Positions 9,832 through 21,884 of a stretch of DNA of 64,000 bases are shown one piece after another. A model generated the notes under the pieces. The model ran no database searches, was not told the DNA's origin, and saw nothing but the letters and a program-made list of their open reading frames with translations. Both the position numbers and the translations under genes were made by a program. The stretch is from Rebecca billardiae RCC1528 (lineage: Eukaryota; Protista; Haptophyta), in the NCBI GenBank assembly GCA_965240325.2, contig OZ251242.1, positions 1 to 64,000 of the forward strand, written 5' to 3'. Numbering within the stretch: position 1 is the stretch's first letter; each line of letters starts with the position of its first letter.

Positions 9832-11685
9832 CTACGCTCGCCTGGCACGCCGGCGACGCCTCGTTCGGCGCCGCAACCTGCGGCGGCCGAGCGCCGCGAC
9901 GAGCTGCGCGAGGCGGTGCGGCGGCCTGCTGACGAGCGCCCTGCGCACGCACTTGGCCGCGTCGCCGTCCAGCAGCAGCACGCGGCCCGCCGCCGCGCCG
10001 ACGCTCAGCAGGCCGATCATCGTCGAGAACTTGGACGAGGAGCTGCCCACCACGCCGTCGGAGAGCAGCGCGAGGTACAGGTCGAGCGCCACGCGGTCCC
10101 AGCCCGCCTGCGCGCCGCGCCACGCCGCTCCCGCGCCGTGCGGCGCGTGGCGCGCCCAGCGCGGCAGTGCCACGCGCGTGAGCGCGTTGTGCGCGATGCG
10201 CCCGGCCGACGCCGCGAGCGCGTGCCCGCGGAGCGCGGGGTGCGCGCACGCGTAGCGCTCGACCGCCGGCGAGTCGGTGAGCACGAGCAGCCCCCAACGC
10301 TCGCCGCCCGCCGAGCTCGCGTTGGGGAGCGCACCGCCCACGACTGGCGCCACGGCGGGCGCGTCGGCGCCGGACGGCGCTGCGGCGGGCGGCGGCGTGC
10401 GCCCGCTCGCCACGCGCACGCCCTGCGGCGCGCCGCCGCGCGCGAGCGTGTGGCTCAGCCTTGCGCCGCAGCCGAGCGCGCGGCTCACAAAGCCGCGCAC
10501 CGCCGTCCCCGCCGCGGGGAGCGCCCCGTGCGCGCGCGCGTCTCCGCACGCGCCAGGCTGTCGCCAGAGCGCGCGTGCTCGCTTGAGCTCGCTCGCGCAC
10601 TGCTCGCGCACGTACGCCTCGACCCACTCGAGCGAGGCGTCGCGCGCCGCGCCCTCGCGAGCGCCGCCACCACCGATGCCGGCCCGGCCTGCCGCGCCCG
10701 CGCCGGAGGACCCCTCAGCGGCAGCAGCAGGAGCAGCGGCGGCGGCAGCGGCCGCCGCGGCTGTGCCGTTGGCGGGAGCCACGCCACCGGCGCCGTGCGC
10801 GTGCGCGTCGGCGAGGCGGTGCACGGCGTCGACGTAGAAGGCGCGCACGTGCACCGCGACGAGCGCGTCGAACCCGTCCATGCGCGCGAGCGCGCGCGCG
10901 GCGAGCGAGCGCAGGCGCGCGCTTGGCCAGAGCCACGTGTGGCGTGCACACGCGAGGGAGCGGCAGCTGGGTGCGGCGTGCGGCGCGGCGGCGGGCGGCG
11001 CGGGGAGCGCGGAGACGGCGCGCACGAGCGACGGGAGCACGCGCACGGCCACGCGCACGAAGCTCGCGCCGCCGCCCGCGCGCGAGCGCAGCCAGCGCAC
11101 GAGCGAGCGCGGCGCGCACTCTCGCTCGCTGCACACGCTGCGCGTCCAGTTCGAGCCGCGCGCGCGGCGCGCCGCCTCGACGCGCGCGCGCGCGGAGCGG
11201 CTCCACCGCCACGCGTACCCGCCGTGCGCCTCAAAGTACACGCCCGGGTCGAAGGCGCACACGCGCGGCAGCTTGGCGCGCGCCTCGTCGCCGACGGCGA
11301 TGCCGGCCGCCTCCGTGTCGCACGCGGCGAACGAGAGGAAGGGCGCGAAGCCGGCGCTCGCCGCGGCGTGGAGGAGGTCGAGCATCGGTGGGAATGTGCT
11401 GCCCAGCCCCGTCTTCACCGTGCCCTCCGCAAAGTGAAAGACAGCCACGCGGGGGAGCTCGTCGTACAGCCGCGCGATGGTGTGCTCCGCGCCGAGCGCG
11501 TGGCACGCGCACTCCGTCGCGAAGACGCGCTGGTTCCGGCGCACCCAGCGCGAGCGCGCGAAGACGTGCCCTGCGCTGTCGCCGCCCAGCCCCTCGGCGC
11601 GCGCGCCGCTGCGGTAGTGCGCGGCGGCCGCCAGCACGAGCGCGGCGGCGGCGGAGCGGCGGTCGAAAGCCCCACCGGCCGTCAT
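9832..11685 (-). CDS. Putative glycosyltransferase, fucosyltransferase superfamily (alpha1,2/alpha1,6/O-FucT, NodZ-like GT-B fold)
   Basis: The three superfamily motifs appear in order: VAVHVR, LLVLTDSPAV, DLYLALLSDGVVGSSSSKFS. Hydrophobic N-terminus. The ATG at 11685 is in ccgccATG context; an in-frame ATG also exists at 11739. Confidence 0.7.
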   Translation of the reverse strand: MTAGGAFDRRSAAAALVLAAAAHYRSGARAEGLGGDSAGHVFARSRWVRRNQRVFATECACHALGAEHTIARLYDELPRVAVFHFAEGTVKTGLGSTFPPMLDLLHAAASAGFAPFLSFAACDTEAAGIAVGDEARAKLPRVCAFDPGVYFEAHGGYAWRWSRSARARVEAARRARGSNWTRSVCSERECAPRSLVRWLRSRAGGGASFVRVAVRVLPSLVRAVSALPAPPAAAPHAAPSCRSLACARHTWLWPSARLRSLAARALARMDGFDALVAVHVRAFYVDAVHRLADAHAHGAGGVAPANGTAAAAAAAAAAPAAAAEGSSGAGAAGRAGIGGGGAREGAARDASLEWVEAYVREQCASELKRARALWRQPGACGDARAHGALPAAGTAVRGFVSRALGCGARLSHTLARGGAPQGVRVASGRTPPPAAAPSGADAPAVAPVVGGALPNASSAGGERWGLLVLTDSPAVERYACAHPALRGHALAASAGRIAHNALTRVALPRWARHAPHGAGAAWRGAQAGWDRVALDLYLALLSDGVVGSSSSKFSTMIGLLSVGAAAGRVLLLDGDAAKCVRRALVSRPPHRLAQLVAALGRRRLRRRTRRRRRARRA

Positions 11686-11824
11686 GGCGGTCCGGATGGA
11701 CTTGTTTTGGGTTACAGGGGCGTTCCCCGCACTGGTCATACGCCAAATCGAACCGCGTTCCTATTGAAATTGGCTTCCTCTATTTCAAGCGGGTACATTT
11801 GATTACGGCCCGCGCCAGTCCGGT

Positions 11825-11855
11825 AGCAATGCCCCCCCCAGGGGGGGGCATTGCT
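11825..11855. repeat. Perfect palindrome AGCAATG-C8-A-G8-CATTGCT
   Basis: 15-bp arms around a single A, read directly. Confidence 0.9.
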
Positions 11856-12087
11856 TTCGGGAGCGTGTGGCAGGATCCCGGGAACGCCCTTGTGTACAGC
11901 CTTACAGTTTACTATGTTTTAACGTGCACACTTGGTTACTAGGCGTGATACGTTAAATCATAGAATGAGTACAGTTTACTAAGAATAAGAGACGCACACA
12001 GCTCAGGCAGGCGAGATTGACGCCCGCCAACTGTCACCGCCCATGAAGCCGTCGCCGATGGTAGCGCCGCCGGAAAAATTCAGTAGG

Positions 12088-12610
12088 GTGCCCCGCTGCT
12101 CCTGCTTGGAGGCGGCCTACTCGACCTAAATATGACGCCCAGCCCGTCGCCAGGCGTGCCCGCCCGCGCACGGAGCGACCGCAGCGCGCATCTGTGGCCG
12201 TTTCACCCTATCGGGCCGCAAGTGCGCGGTGCGCTCCGCTGCTCCTGCTTGGGGGCGGCCTACTACTCGACATAAATATGACGCCCAGCCCGTCGGCAGG
12301 CGTGCCCGCCCGCGCACGGAGCGACCGCAGCGCGCATCTGTGGCCGTTTGGCGGGCCGCCGGCGGCTCTGGGACCCGCGCGGGCGGCGGAGCACCCGATC
12401 GGGCCGCAAGTGCGCGGTGCGCTCCGCTGCTCCTGCTTGGGGGCGGCCTACGGCGACCTGAAATATGACGCCCAGCCCATCGCCAGGCGTGCCCGCCCGC
12501 GCAGGGAGGCACCGCAGCGCGCGTCTGTGGCCGTTTGGCGGGCCTCCGGCGGCTGTGTGACCCGCGCGGGCGGCGGAGCACCCTATCGGGCCGCAAGTGC
12601 GCGGCGCGCC
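12088..12610. repeat. ~190-bp tandem repeat, about 3 copies (first copy internally deleted)
   Basis: ccgctgctcctgcttgg-ggcggcctac...aaatatgacgcccagccc recurs at ~12094, ~12236 and ~12424. Confidence 0.85.
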
Positions 12611-13169
12611 CCGCTGCCCCGGTGCACCGTTGCCGCCCGCCCTGGCTCCGCCCTGGCTGGCATGCCCGCTGGCGTGCGCGGTGGCGGCGGCCCTGCCGCT
12701 CGCCGCGCGCGCGGGGCGGCGGGGCCGGGCCTGCCAGGGCGCGGCATGTGCCGCCGCCGCCGCCGCCGCTCTGAGTCAGTGTGACTACCAGTGACGACCG
12801 TACGGTGTGAGTCTGTGAGTGTCGTGACTGCTCGGCGCGCCCCGGTCGTACAGTGGCATATCAATCAGAGCGTGATGCTGATATCACAGCTCGCCTGGTG
12901 AACCGCATCAGGCGAACAGGCACTAGATACGACTGCTATCTAGACGAATGGCGACACTGACAGTCTGGCAGAACCGGGGCCCAGGGCTACGGTGCCCGCC
13001 GGGTCATTCACTTGGGCTCGCCGGCCCGGATCCAGCGTCAGCCAGCTGATGCGTCGGCTGCTGCATCCACGGAGCGGGCGCCGGTGGCGGCAGCAGCGGA
13101 CGACGACCGGCGGGGTGCACGGCGCCCGGCGCGCGCCTCCGCGCGCGGCGCAGGCCGCCCCCCCGCCGC

Positions 13170-13777
13170 TCAGCCCAGCGCGTGCCGGCGGTCGGGCGAC
13201 ATGGCCGACGCGGCGGTGCGCACGGCGGGCGGCACGCCCTCCAGCGGGTGCGGCTCCCACGGCGCGCTCGGCGCGCGCGGCGGCGAGGCGCGGCGGCGGT
13301 GGCGGCCCGGGCGCGTGTCGTGCTCGAGCCCACGCGCGTACACGTTGTCCGTGCCGAACGCGATCGAGGAGCTCATCAGCTCGCGCTTCATCTGGGCGCC
13401 CGTGACGATGCGGCCGCCGGCGGCCGGCAGCAACGCTGCAGGCCCCAGCGCGGCGGGCACGCGCGCGCGGGGCGTCAGCGGAGCCCGGGCGGTCGGACGC
13501 GCGCGGAGGGCGGCACCGCCGCCCGAGCCGCGCGCCGCGCCGCGCGCGCACCGAGTGGCGGGCGCTCGCCCTTGCCCACGGCCGCCCAATGCTCGCGCAC
13601 AGCGGCGTTCGCCGACTCGCTCTCGGTCGAGCGCGCGAGCGGGTCGTCGTGCGGCAGGAGGGACCAATTGCCGAGGACGGACGTGGTGATGGGGACGCCG
13701 GGCGTGATGATGCGCGGCGCGGGTGGCTGCCAGGACGGGCCTGACCCGTGCGCGCCGCGCGCGCGCCGAGAGCCCAT
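13170..13777 (-). CDS. Hypothetical protein, 2 exons (~163 aa): join(complement 13777..13552, 13435..13170)
   Basis: Intron gtgcgcg...ctgac...cctgcag (13551-13436) has the same style as the ubiquitin introns. It joins ORF 13475..13777 in frame to the tail of ORF 13170..13901 (...RPPL-A-LLPAAGGRIVTGAQMKRELMSSSIAFG...). No family recognised. Confidence 0.55.
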
Positions 13778-13984
13778 CGCGGTGCGAGCTGCCGGCCGTG
13801 GGTTTGAACGCGCCCGTGTGAAAAAGCCCGCTGCGGCGTGAAAACAAATGTGTGCGGCTCAAGGATGGCGGAGCGCCCGGACTTTCTCCGAGCGTAGTCA
13901 ACCTGCGCGAGATGAGTGGGTCCGGGCGCGTGCGGGCCCGATCCCACGTGTCAAGCAGGCGGCAGGGCTGACGCGGAGGGAGCC
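13778..13984. promoter_or_regulatory. Probable compact bidirectional promoter region
   Basis: 207 bp between divergent start codons (13777 minus, 13985 plus). Contains CCACGTG. Positional inference only. Confidence 0.35.
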
Positions 13985-14820
13985 ATGCAGGTGCGTGGAG
14001 ACCACGCCCGGCGCGGCGTGGGGCCGCGCAGCGTGGCGCGTTGGCGCGGCGGGAGGGCCGGCCGCTCGTGCGAGGGCGTGCACGGCCGCCAGCCGCGTGC
14101 CCGCCCGCTCCAAGCCTCGCCGCTCACGCGCGCCACGGCCGCGGCGGCGCGTGCGGGCGTGCGCGTGCCCGTGCAGATCTTTGTCAAGACGCTGACAGGG
14201 AAGACGATCACGCTCGAGGTCGAGCCGTCCGACTCGATCGAGAACGTGAAGGTGCGGGCGACGCTTCCCGCGGGGACCAGGCGGCACGCGCCGACCAGCG
14301 TCTCGGCTCGACCGGGCGGGCCGGCGGCACCTGCTCACGGTCGGCCCTCGCCGCCCGCCGCGCCGCGCCACTCGCGCGCGCGCGCAGGCGAAGATCCAGG
14401 ATAAGGAGGGCATCCCGCCGGATCAGCAGCGGCTCATCTTCGCGGGCAAGCAGCTCGAGGATGGGCGCACGCTCTCGGACTACAACATCCAGAAGGGTGC
14501 GCGCGCGCACCTCGGCGGGCCGCTCGCGCGGCCGGCGCGGCGGGCGCGCGCTGCGTGGCACGGGCCCGTGCGGCGTGCGGCTGAGGGCACGTGCCGCGCG
14601 CCGCGGCGCACGCGCGCGCGCAGAGTCGACGCTCCACCTGGTGCTGCGGCTGCGCGGCGGTGTGATCGAGCCGTCGCTGGTCGTGCTCGCCAAGAAGTAC
14701 AACCAGGACAAGATGGTCTGCCGCAAGTGCTACGCACGGCTGCCGCCGCGCGCGACCAACTGCCGCAAGAAGAAGTGCGGGCACACCAACCAGCTGCGCC
14801 CGAAGAAGAAGCTCAAGTGA
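13985..14820 (+). CDS. RPL40: Ubiquitin-60S ribosomal protein L40 fusion, 128 aa: join(13985..13990,14177..14251,14388..14496,14624..14820)
   Basis: Splicing at three GT-AG introns gives [76 protein letters not shown] + VIEPSL...CRKCYARL...[19 protein letters not shown]. Total 387 nt. Confidence 0.99.
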
Positions 14821-15489
14821 GCTTGGCACGCGCGCGCCGCCGGGCGGCTCGGGCGGCCGGCCTGGCGCGGCGCGGCGGCCGCCCCCGCGGTCGGAGCTCG
14901 AGGCAGCGGGCCGTGGCAGGGCGCCCGGCCGGCTGCTGCCCACGCCGCTGGCACGCCGTGCGGGCGGCGCGGGGCTCGCCACGCTGCGTGCTCGCCGCGA
15001 GCTCGTGGCGTCGCCTGCTACGGGCGCCCGGCGTGCCGTGCTCGGGTGCCACGCGTACGATCGCACTGCGCCGGCTGTCCATCGGGTGAGTCTGGCGGGC
15101 CCGGTGAGCCGACTGATGGTGGATTCGGGCAGCGGTCGACGTCTCAGGCAAGCCGCCATGAAACCGTCGTCGGCACGGTTGGCATGCGACGACGCAGCAG
15201 CTGTCGTTCACGAGTGAAGGCGCGTGTATGACGGCCACATGGCAATAGTGCATGCATAGTACACGACGCCGGCCCTCGCCGACTGACCGACCAGGTCCCG
15301 CGCTGCCCGCGCCGCGCACGGGCGGCGCACACGGCACAGACTCGCGACTGACCCAGTAGCCGTAGGCAAAAATGACGATGCTACTGATGAGGCGATCTTC
15401 CGCCCACTTCAAGCTGGCAAGTGGCCGCCGCCTCGTCTTGGGCAGGGCAGCGGGATGGATCCCCGCCGACCTGGCACGGCTCCGGCGCG

Positions 15490-15894
15490 ATGGCAGCCGC
15501 CAGCAGCGCCGACGCGCTCCTCGACGAGAGCTGGCTCGGCGTGTTCGCGTACCTCGACGCGCGCTCGCTGTGCCGCTGCGCGCAGGTGTGCGCGCGGTGG
15601 CGCGCGCTCGCGCGCGAGGACGAGCTCCTCTGGCGCCCGCTCTGCGCCGCGCTCTGGGCGGGCAAGCAGAACCACCCGCTCGAGCGCTGGCTGCTGCCGC
15701 TGCCGAGCGCGCCCGGCGCGGAGGAGGGCGCGGCGGCGCCGGGCGCGGCCGCGCCCGCGCCGGCGGAGGACGAGGCGGCGGCACGCGCCGAGCAGGAGGC
15801 GCAGCTCCGCGCCGAGCAGGCGCGTATCATCGCCGAGATCGAGGCGACGCAGCGCGCGCACGCGCAGCCCGCGGCTGCGGCGGGCGCGGCCGAG

Positions 15895-15941
<47 letters not shown>

Positions 15942-16989
15942 GGAGGAGGAGGTGGAGGAGGAGGGCGGTGAGGGGGCGGGCGAGGTGCTCGTGTTCCACG
16001 ACCACGCCGCCTTCGCCCACTTCAACGCGCTCGTGCGCGAGCTGCAGAACTGCCGGCTGCGGCTCGCGCTCGCGCTCACGCGCGCGCGCGACGAGCGCGC
16101 GGCGGGCGCGGGCTCGGACGCGCGCGCGCCGATCGCGCGGCCGCGCTCGCGCGCGATGCCGGTGCTCGGCGCGGAGACGGGCGCGCGCGCGCTCTCCCAG
16201 CCCCGCGCGCAGCCCGCCGCCGCCGCCTCGCCCGCCGCCCTCCGCTTCCGCGAGCTCTCGTGGCGCGGCTCGTACGCGGCGTCCGCGCGGGATGCGCGGC
16301 GCGTGTGCGTGGCGGCTGAGGACCTGGAGGGGCGCGGGCTGATCGACTTTGACGGCGCGCTGGAGGAGATGGCGGTGGCGGGCGGGCTGTTCGTGGACAA
16401 CCGCGCGTTCGCCGCCTCGCCCGGCCGGCTCTTCCTCGACGGCGCGCGCCTCGTCCTCATCGACATTGCGCAGTCGGCGCTCGTCTCGCGCACGGCCGAC
16501 TGGGGGTGGCTCTTCCGCGTGGACAACGGCCGCGTGGCCTTCTGGTCGGCGGAGCAGCGCGCCGCGCCGGCGGAGTACAGGGGGCCGCTGCGCGCGTGCA
16601 TGGCGCTGGGGGCGTGGGAGGCGGAGCGCGCGCGCCGCGCCGACGAGCACGGCGCGGCGCACGCCGCCGCGTGGGCGGCGGAGTGGGAGGCGGGGCCGCC
16701 GCCCGACCCGCCGTCCGAGCGCTCGCGCGCCGGCGCCGGCGCGCCCGCGTCGCCCTCGGCCGACGCGGAGCTGTGCGCGGCGCTCGGCGCGCTCGCGATC
16801 GAGCGGGGCGGCGCGGCGCGCGGCACGGCCGGCGCCGGCGCGGCCGCCGACGCCGAGGCGCGCACGCACATGTGGCGCCGCGTGCGGCCGCTCCACTCGC
16901 CGCTCGCGCTCACGCTCGTGCCGCAGGTCGAGCGCGCGCCGCCCGCCGCCGCCGTCGTGCCCGCGGGCCGCGGCGCGCAGGAGTGGTAG
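15490..16989 (+). CDS. F-box domain protein, ~499 aa, with poly-Gly/Glu linker
   Basis: N-terminal LLDESWLGVFAYLDARSLCRCAQVCARWRALAREDELLWRPLC is an F-box pattern. ATG at 15490. (GGC)n run at ~15895-15942. Stop followed by further TAGs and an AT-rich tract. Confidence 0.8.
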
Positions 16990-19044
16990 TAGTAGTATTA
17001 TTGGTCTATCTATTTATTAAACTCCTATAGCAGTATACCTGCGGCTTAGACCGTCACCGGCTCGGCCTCGCCCGGGTCCGAACGCTCATCAGGCAGGCAG
17101 CGATTCAACTTGACGTCGCCGCCACGGGCTGAGGCGCGGGCTGCCCCGCGCCGCCGCTGACAGACGGCACAATGCCAATGGCAATGCCGGACTGACTCAC
17201 TACTCAGTCATCACTGACACGGTCGTACCTCAGCGGATCCACTATACAAGCAGGTCAGTAGTCGGCCAGGCGGTATGGCGGGCAGTGCGGCCCCCACCTC
17301 AACCTGCCCACGACCGGTTGACGGTTCCGGGTTCGGTCATCGGTCTGGCCGCTGACTGGCGACTCGTCCCGGTTTGACTGACGCCGCCGCGGCGCCGGGT
17401 GCCCCCACGCCGTGCCACTCTACAGTCTACTGACCCCGTGACCGGGCAGCCTCAGCCCTCACGGCCACGGGGCATTGGCGCGGCCTCAGTCGCGGGGTGC
17501 GGCACGGTAGCAGGTCTGAGCGCCTTACCGCCGGACGTGACGCGCATGAACGGTTCTTGACGCCTGATGGCGCGCTTCGGACAACCGGGCGACCATTGGG
17601 CTGCCGTGGCCCCGTGCTGCGCTCGGCAGTAGGCGCGGGCAGGCCGCGATGACGGTTGAGGGCTGTGCTCTCAGCTCCAAAAATAGAGCGCGGCGGTGTT
17701 AGCCTGAGCGGGAAAGCCGCATCACGGATGATAACGGAATATGCCAGCGTCGCTGTTTTTTGAGGATCGTCAAATTCAGCTTACATTGTTACGGATTTTT
17801 GTTTTGATACATACGAACCTTTGAAAGGTCGCCGATATCAACGAGATACCGTTGTCATACTCTGACGCCTGCGCACCCGTTGCATCGCTGATAGGTCAAA
17901 TGATTACGACCCGAAGTTACCCCCCAAGCCCGCCATGAGGCCAGCCAGGTTTGGCGCTCGCCCAGTGGCGACTGTACGCGGAAACTGGGGCGTTTGAGCG
18001 CTGTTGCGGCGTGGCACTGGGGCGCGAAAGGGGGTCACCCTCTGAGGGGTTTTCACTGCAGTTGCCGCGTGCACGGCCCGCTGTGGCCGTGCACGCGGCA
18101 ACAGGGCTCAGACGGCCCAGTTGTCGCGTGCAGGCGTGTGTGGCTTGCGATGGCAGCCAGCCGTCAGCAGGGGCGCCACGCCCACGGTTCGCTGGTGGGC
18201 TGGCCCGATGGCGTCGCAGAGCTCACGCGTACGGGGGAGGAGGGCATCGACGAGGAGACGACCAAGGGCGAGAAGCAGCCGGGGGCACGCAGCACGGGGC
18301 TCGGAGCATGCCGCCAGCACGCGTGCCTCCACACCGTCGCACGTCACCCTTGCTCGTAGCTGTGCGCTGTGCTGCCACTCATCTCACCATCGCCCATGCT
18401 ACGGGCGCGGCCGGGTGGTGGACATCCACCTGTCGGCGCAGCACTGGCATCGGTGGTCGCCAGACACTTCTCGACTTGCTCTGCGCGTGACAGCAAGGAG
18501 ACGGCAGCCCCACAGCTGTGTGAGCAGATGAGGTCCTACTACTGTACTCGGCGAGGCAGTACTGGCATGGACTGCAGTCCTGGTGCATGCGAGCTACTGG
18601 CATGTTCCCCTACTCAGACGGCAGGGCCATCAATACGGTGCTGCTTCGGATACACGCGCCCAGCGCTGCTGGTAACAGCGGCGCTGTTGATGCTGCAGCA
18701 GCAGTACAGTACCACGACGGGCGGCAGAATCACTCCAGCTATCAGCTCGGTGGTGCTCGCTTGAACGGCCTGGGCAATGGCACGCCGAAAGCAGCGACCT
18801 AGCCCATCGCGTCCACCGCGATGGGGTCGCTGGCACCTGATGATGCTGCGCCCGCGCCCATCCGGGCCAACACCAGCAGCAGCCATGCTCGAATCTGCAC
18901 CGCATGCGGCAGCAGCTTCTGGGATGGTCCCGCTGCGGATGACGGCGTTCGCCGCAGATGACAGCTCGGTGTCGCTCGCTCGAGGGGCCACGGCGACGGA
19001 CGCGCCGAGCGCGTTGACGTCACTCCACGCGACCACGGCACTGC

Positions 19045-20800
19045 CCAGCGCGCTGGAGCCGCTGCCATCTGGTGCGGCTGTGCCTGCGCCCAGCTGGGGC
19101 CCAGCTGCAGCAGCGCTCGACTCCGCGCCGCATTGGCGGCAGCAGCAGGGATGGTGCCACGGCGGGACCCGGCGGTCGACGGAGCTGTCAGCTCGGCGGT
19201 GCACGCCCGAGGCGCGTGGGCGCTGGACGCACCGAGCGCGGTGCCGCTGCTCGCCTCGCCCATCGCGCTGGAGCCGCTGCCATCCGACGCTGCTGCGCCC
19301 GCGCCCAGCTTGGGCAGCAGCGGCAGCGCTCGACTCCGCGCCGCATTGGCGGCAGCAGCAGGGATGGTGCCACGGCGGGACCCGGCGGTCGACGGAGCTG
19401 TCAGCTCGGCTGTGCACGCCCGAGGGGCGTGGGCGCTGGGCGCACCGAGCGCGGTGCCGCTGCTCGCCTCGCCCATCGCGCTGGAGCCGCTGCCATCCGA
19501 CGCTGCTGCACCCGCGCCCAGCTTGGGCAGCAGCGGCTGCGGTCGACTCCGCGCCGCGTGCGGCGGCAGCAGCAGGGATGGTGCCACGGCGGTCGGCGGC
19601 GGTCGACGGAGCTGGAAGCTCGGCGGTGCACGCCCGAGGGGCGTGGGCGCTGGGCGCACCGAACGCGGTGCCGCTGCTCGCCTCGCCCGGCGCGCTGGAG
19701 GCGCTGCCATCGGGCGCTCAGCTGCGCCCGCGCCCAGCTTGGGCAGCAGCAGCAGCGCTCGACTCCGCGCCGCGTGCGGCAGCAGCAGCAGGGATGGTGC
19801 CACGGCGGTCGGCGGCGGTCGACGCAGCTGGAAGCTCGGCGGTGCACGCCCGAGGGGCGTGGGCGCTGGGCGCACCGAGCGCAGTGCCGCTGCTCGCCTC
19901 GCCCGGCGCGCTGGAGCCGCTGCCATCCGACGCTGCTGCGCCCGCACCCGGCCAGGGCAGCAGCAGCAGCGCTCGACTCCGCGCCGCGTGCCGTGGCAGC
20001 AGCAGGGATGGTGCCACGGCGGTCGGCGGCGGTCGACGCAGCTGTCAGCTCGGCGGTGCACGCCCGAGGGGCGTGGGCGCTGGGCGCACCGAGCGCGGTG
20101 CCGCTGCTCGCCTCGCCCGGCGCGCTGGAGCCGCTGCCATCCGACGCTGCTGCGCCCGCGCCCAGCTTGGGCAGCAGCGGCTGCGCTCGACTCCGCGCCG
20201 CGTGCGGCGGCAGCAGCAGGGATGGTGCCACGGCGGGCGGCGGCGGTCGACGGAGCTGTCAGCTCGGCGGTGTGCGCCCGAGGGGCCTGGGCGGTGGGCG
20301 CACCGAACGCGGTGCCGCTGCTCGCCTCGCCCATCGCGCTGGAGCCGCTGCCATCCGACGCTGCTGCGCCCGCGCCCAGCCGGGGCAGCTGCAGCTGCGC
20401 TCGACTCCGCGCCGCGTGCGGCGGCAGCAGCATGGATGGTGCCACGGCGGGCGGCGGCGGTCGACGGAGCTGGAAGCTCGGCGGTGCACGCCCGAGGGGC
20501 GTGGGCGCTGGGCGCACCGAACGCGGTGCCGCTGCTCGCCTTGCCCGGCGCGCTGGAGGCGCTGCCATCCGACGCTGCTGCGCCCGCGCCCAGCTTGGGC
20601 AGCTGCAGCTGCGCTCGACTCCGCGCCGCGTGCGGCGGCAGCAGCATGGATGGTGCCACGGCGGGCGGCGGCGGTCGACGGAGCTGGAAGCTCGGCGGTG
20701 CACGCCCGAGGGGCGTGGGCGCTGGACGCAATGAGCGCGGTGACGCCGCTCGCCTCGTGCCGTAGCGCGCTCGAGCCTCTGCCATCCGATGCCGCTGCGC
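19045..20800 (+). repeat. ~214-bp tandem repeat, about 8 copies (left arm)
   Basis: tcgactccgcgccg recurs at ~19117, 19330, 19543, 19759, 19973, 20187, 20401 and 20615. Confidence 0.93.
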
Positions 20801-21884
20801 CCGCGCCCCGGCGCCGCTGCACGGCTGCAGCTGGCTGGCGGCAGCTGCGCTCCGGAGGCTTCGCGCCGCATGCGATGGTAGCAGCAGGGAGGTGCCACGG
20901 CCAGGCCGGCGGCGGTGGACGTGGTCGGGCGGTGCTGAGTACTGCTTGACACGCCGACCGGTCGTCATTAAAATACTCTACTGTAGTGAGTCTACTAGCT
21001 GAGCTCGGACCAGCAGCTGTGACCGCCAATGCCGTCGCGCAGCGCCGACGAGAGTGAGTGACGACAGCACGGTGACGGGTGAATGTCGGGTGATGTGACC
21101 GCTGCCTGCGACGGCGGCACTGGCGGCAGCCGTCACGGTCAATCCGAGCGGCATTAGCTGATGCTGATTTAGCAGCACTCATCACTATGGCAGACAGAGA
21201 GTCGGACAGCTGCCGCCGCGGGCTGGCTCTGGCTCATGGCTGATGCATCGCCGTCAGCATCGTATGAATTATTGGAGTCGTACGGCTCCAAATTATTATT
21301 GATGATCAACAAGTGAACTGAAAGTCGTCGGATGCCGACGAGATTGATGACGAGGCGTAGCGCAGTGATGCGATACGATCCGGATACGATGACATATATG
21401 CTGTGCCGTGCCGCGTGTCAACTAGCTCCGCGTAGCTACGGCCACGGGACCGGTCGTCCGCGTGAGTGCAGAGTGAGACTCAGTTCACCGTTCAGCGGAC
21501 GACGATGCTGATATACTGCGCGCTGTCGTAGTATATAATAAATATATATATACGTAGTACGTCGTATTGCCTGCCGGATGCCCGGATGCGCTATGATCGG
21601 CGCGCGGCTGCGGCTCGCCATTGATGAGTCACGAGCACTCGGACTCTCTCTGGCTCTCTATATATATACGACTGTACGTACGACCGCCCGTATACCTGCC
21701 GCGCTACGAGTACGACTGCAGTCTGCGCCGCCGGCCGTATGAATATGAGCTGACCGGCGTTGCCCGCCCCGGAACCTGCTGGCAGCGGCTCTGCTCGCAG
21801 CAGGACAGAAGAAGTGTCGTAGCAACGGCACCGGGGGCTGGCCAGCGCGCCTGACGCGTGCATTGTCAGCGTCACTGCATTGCG

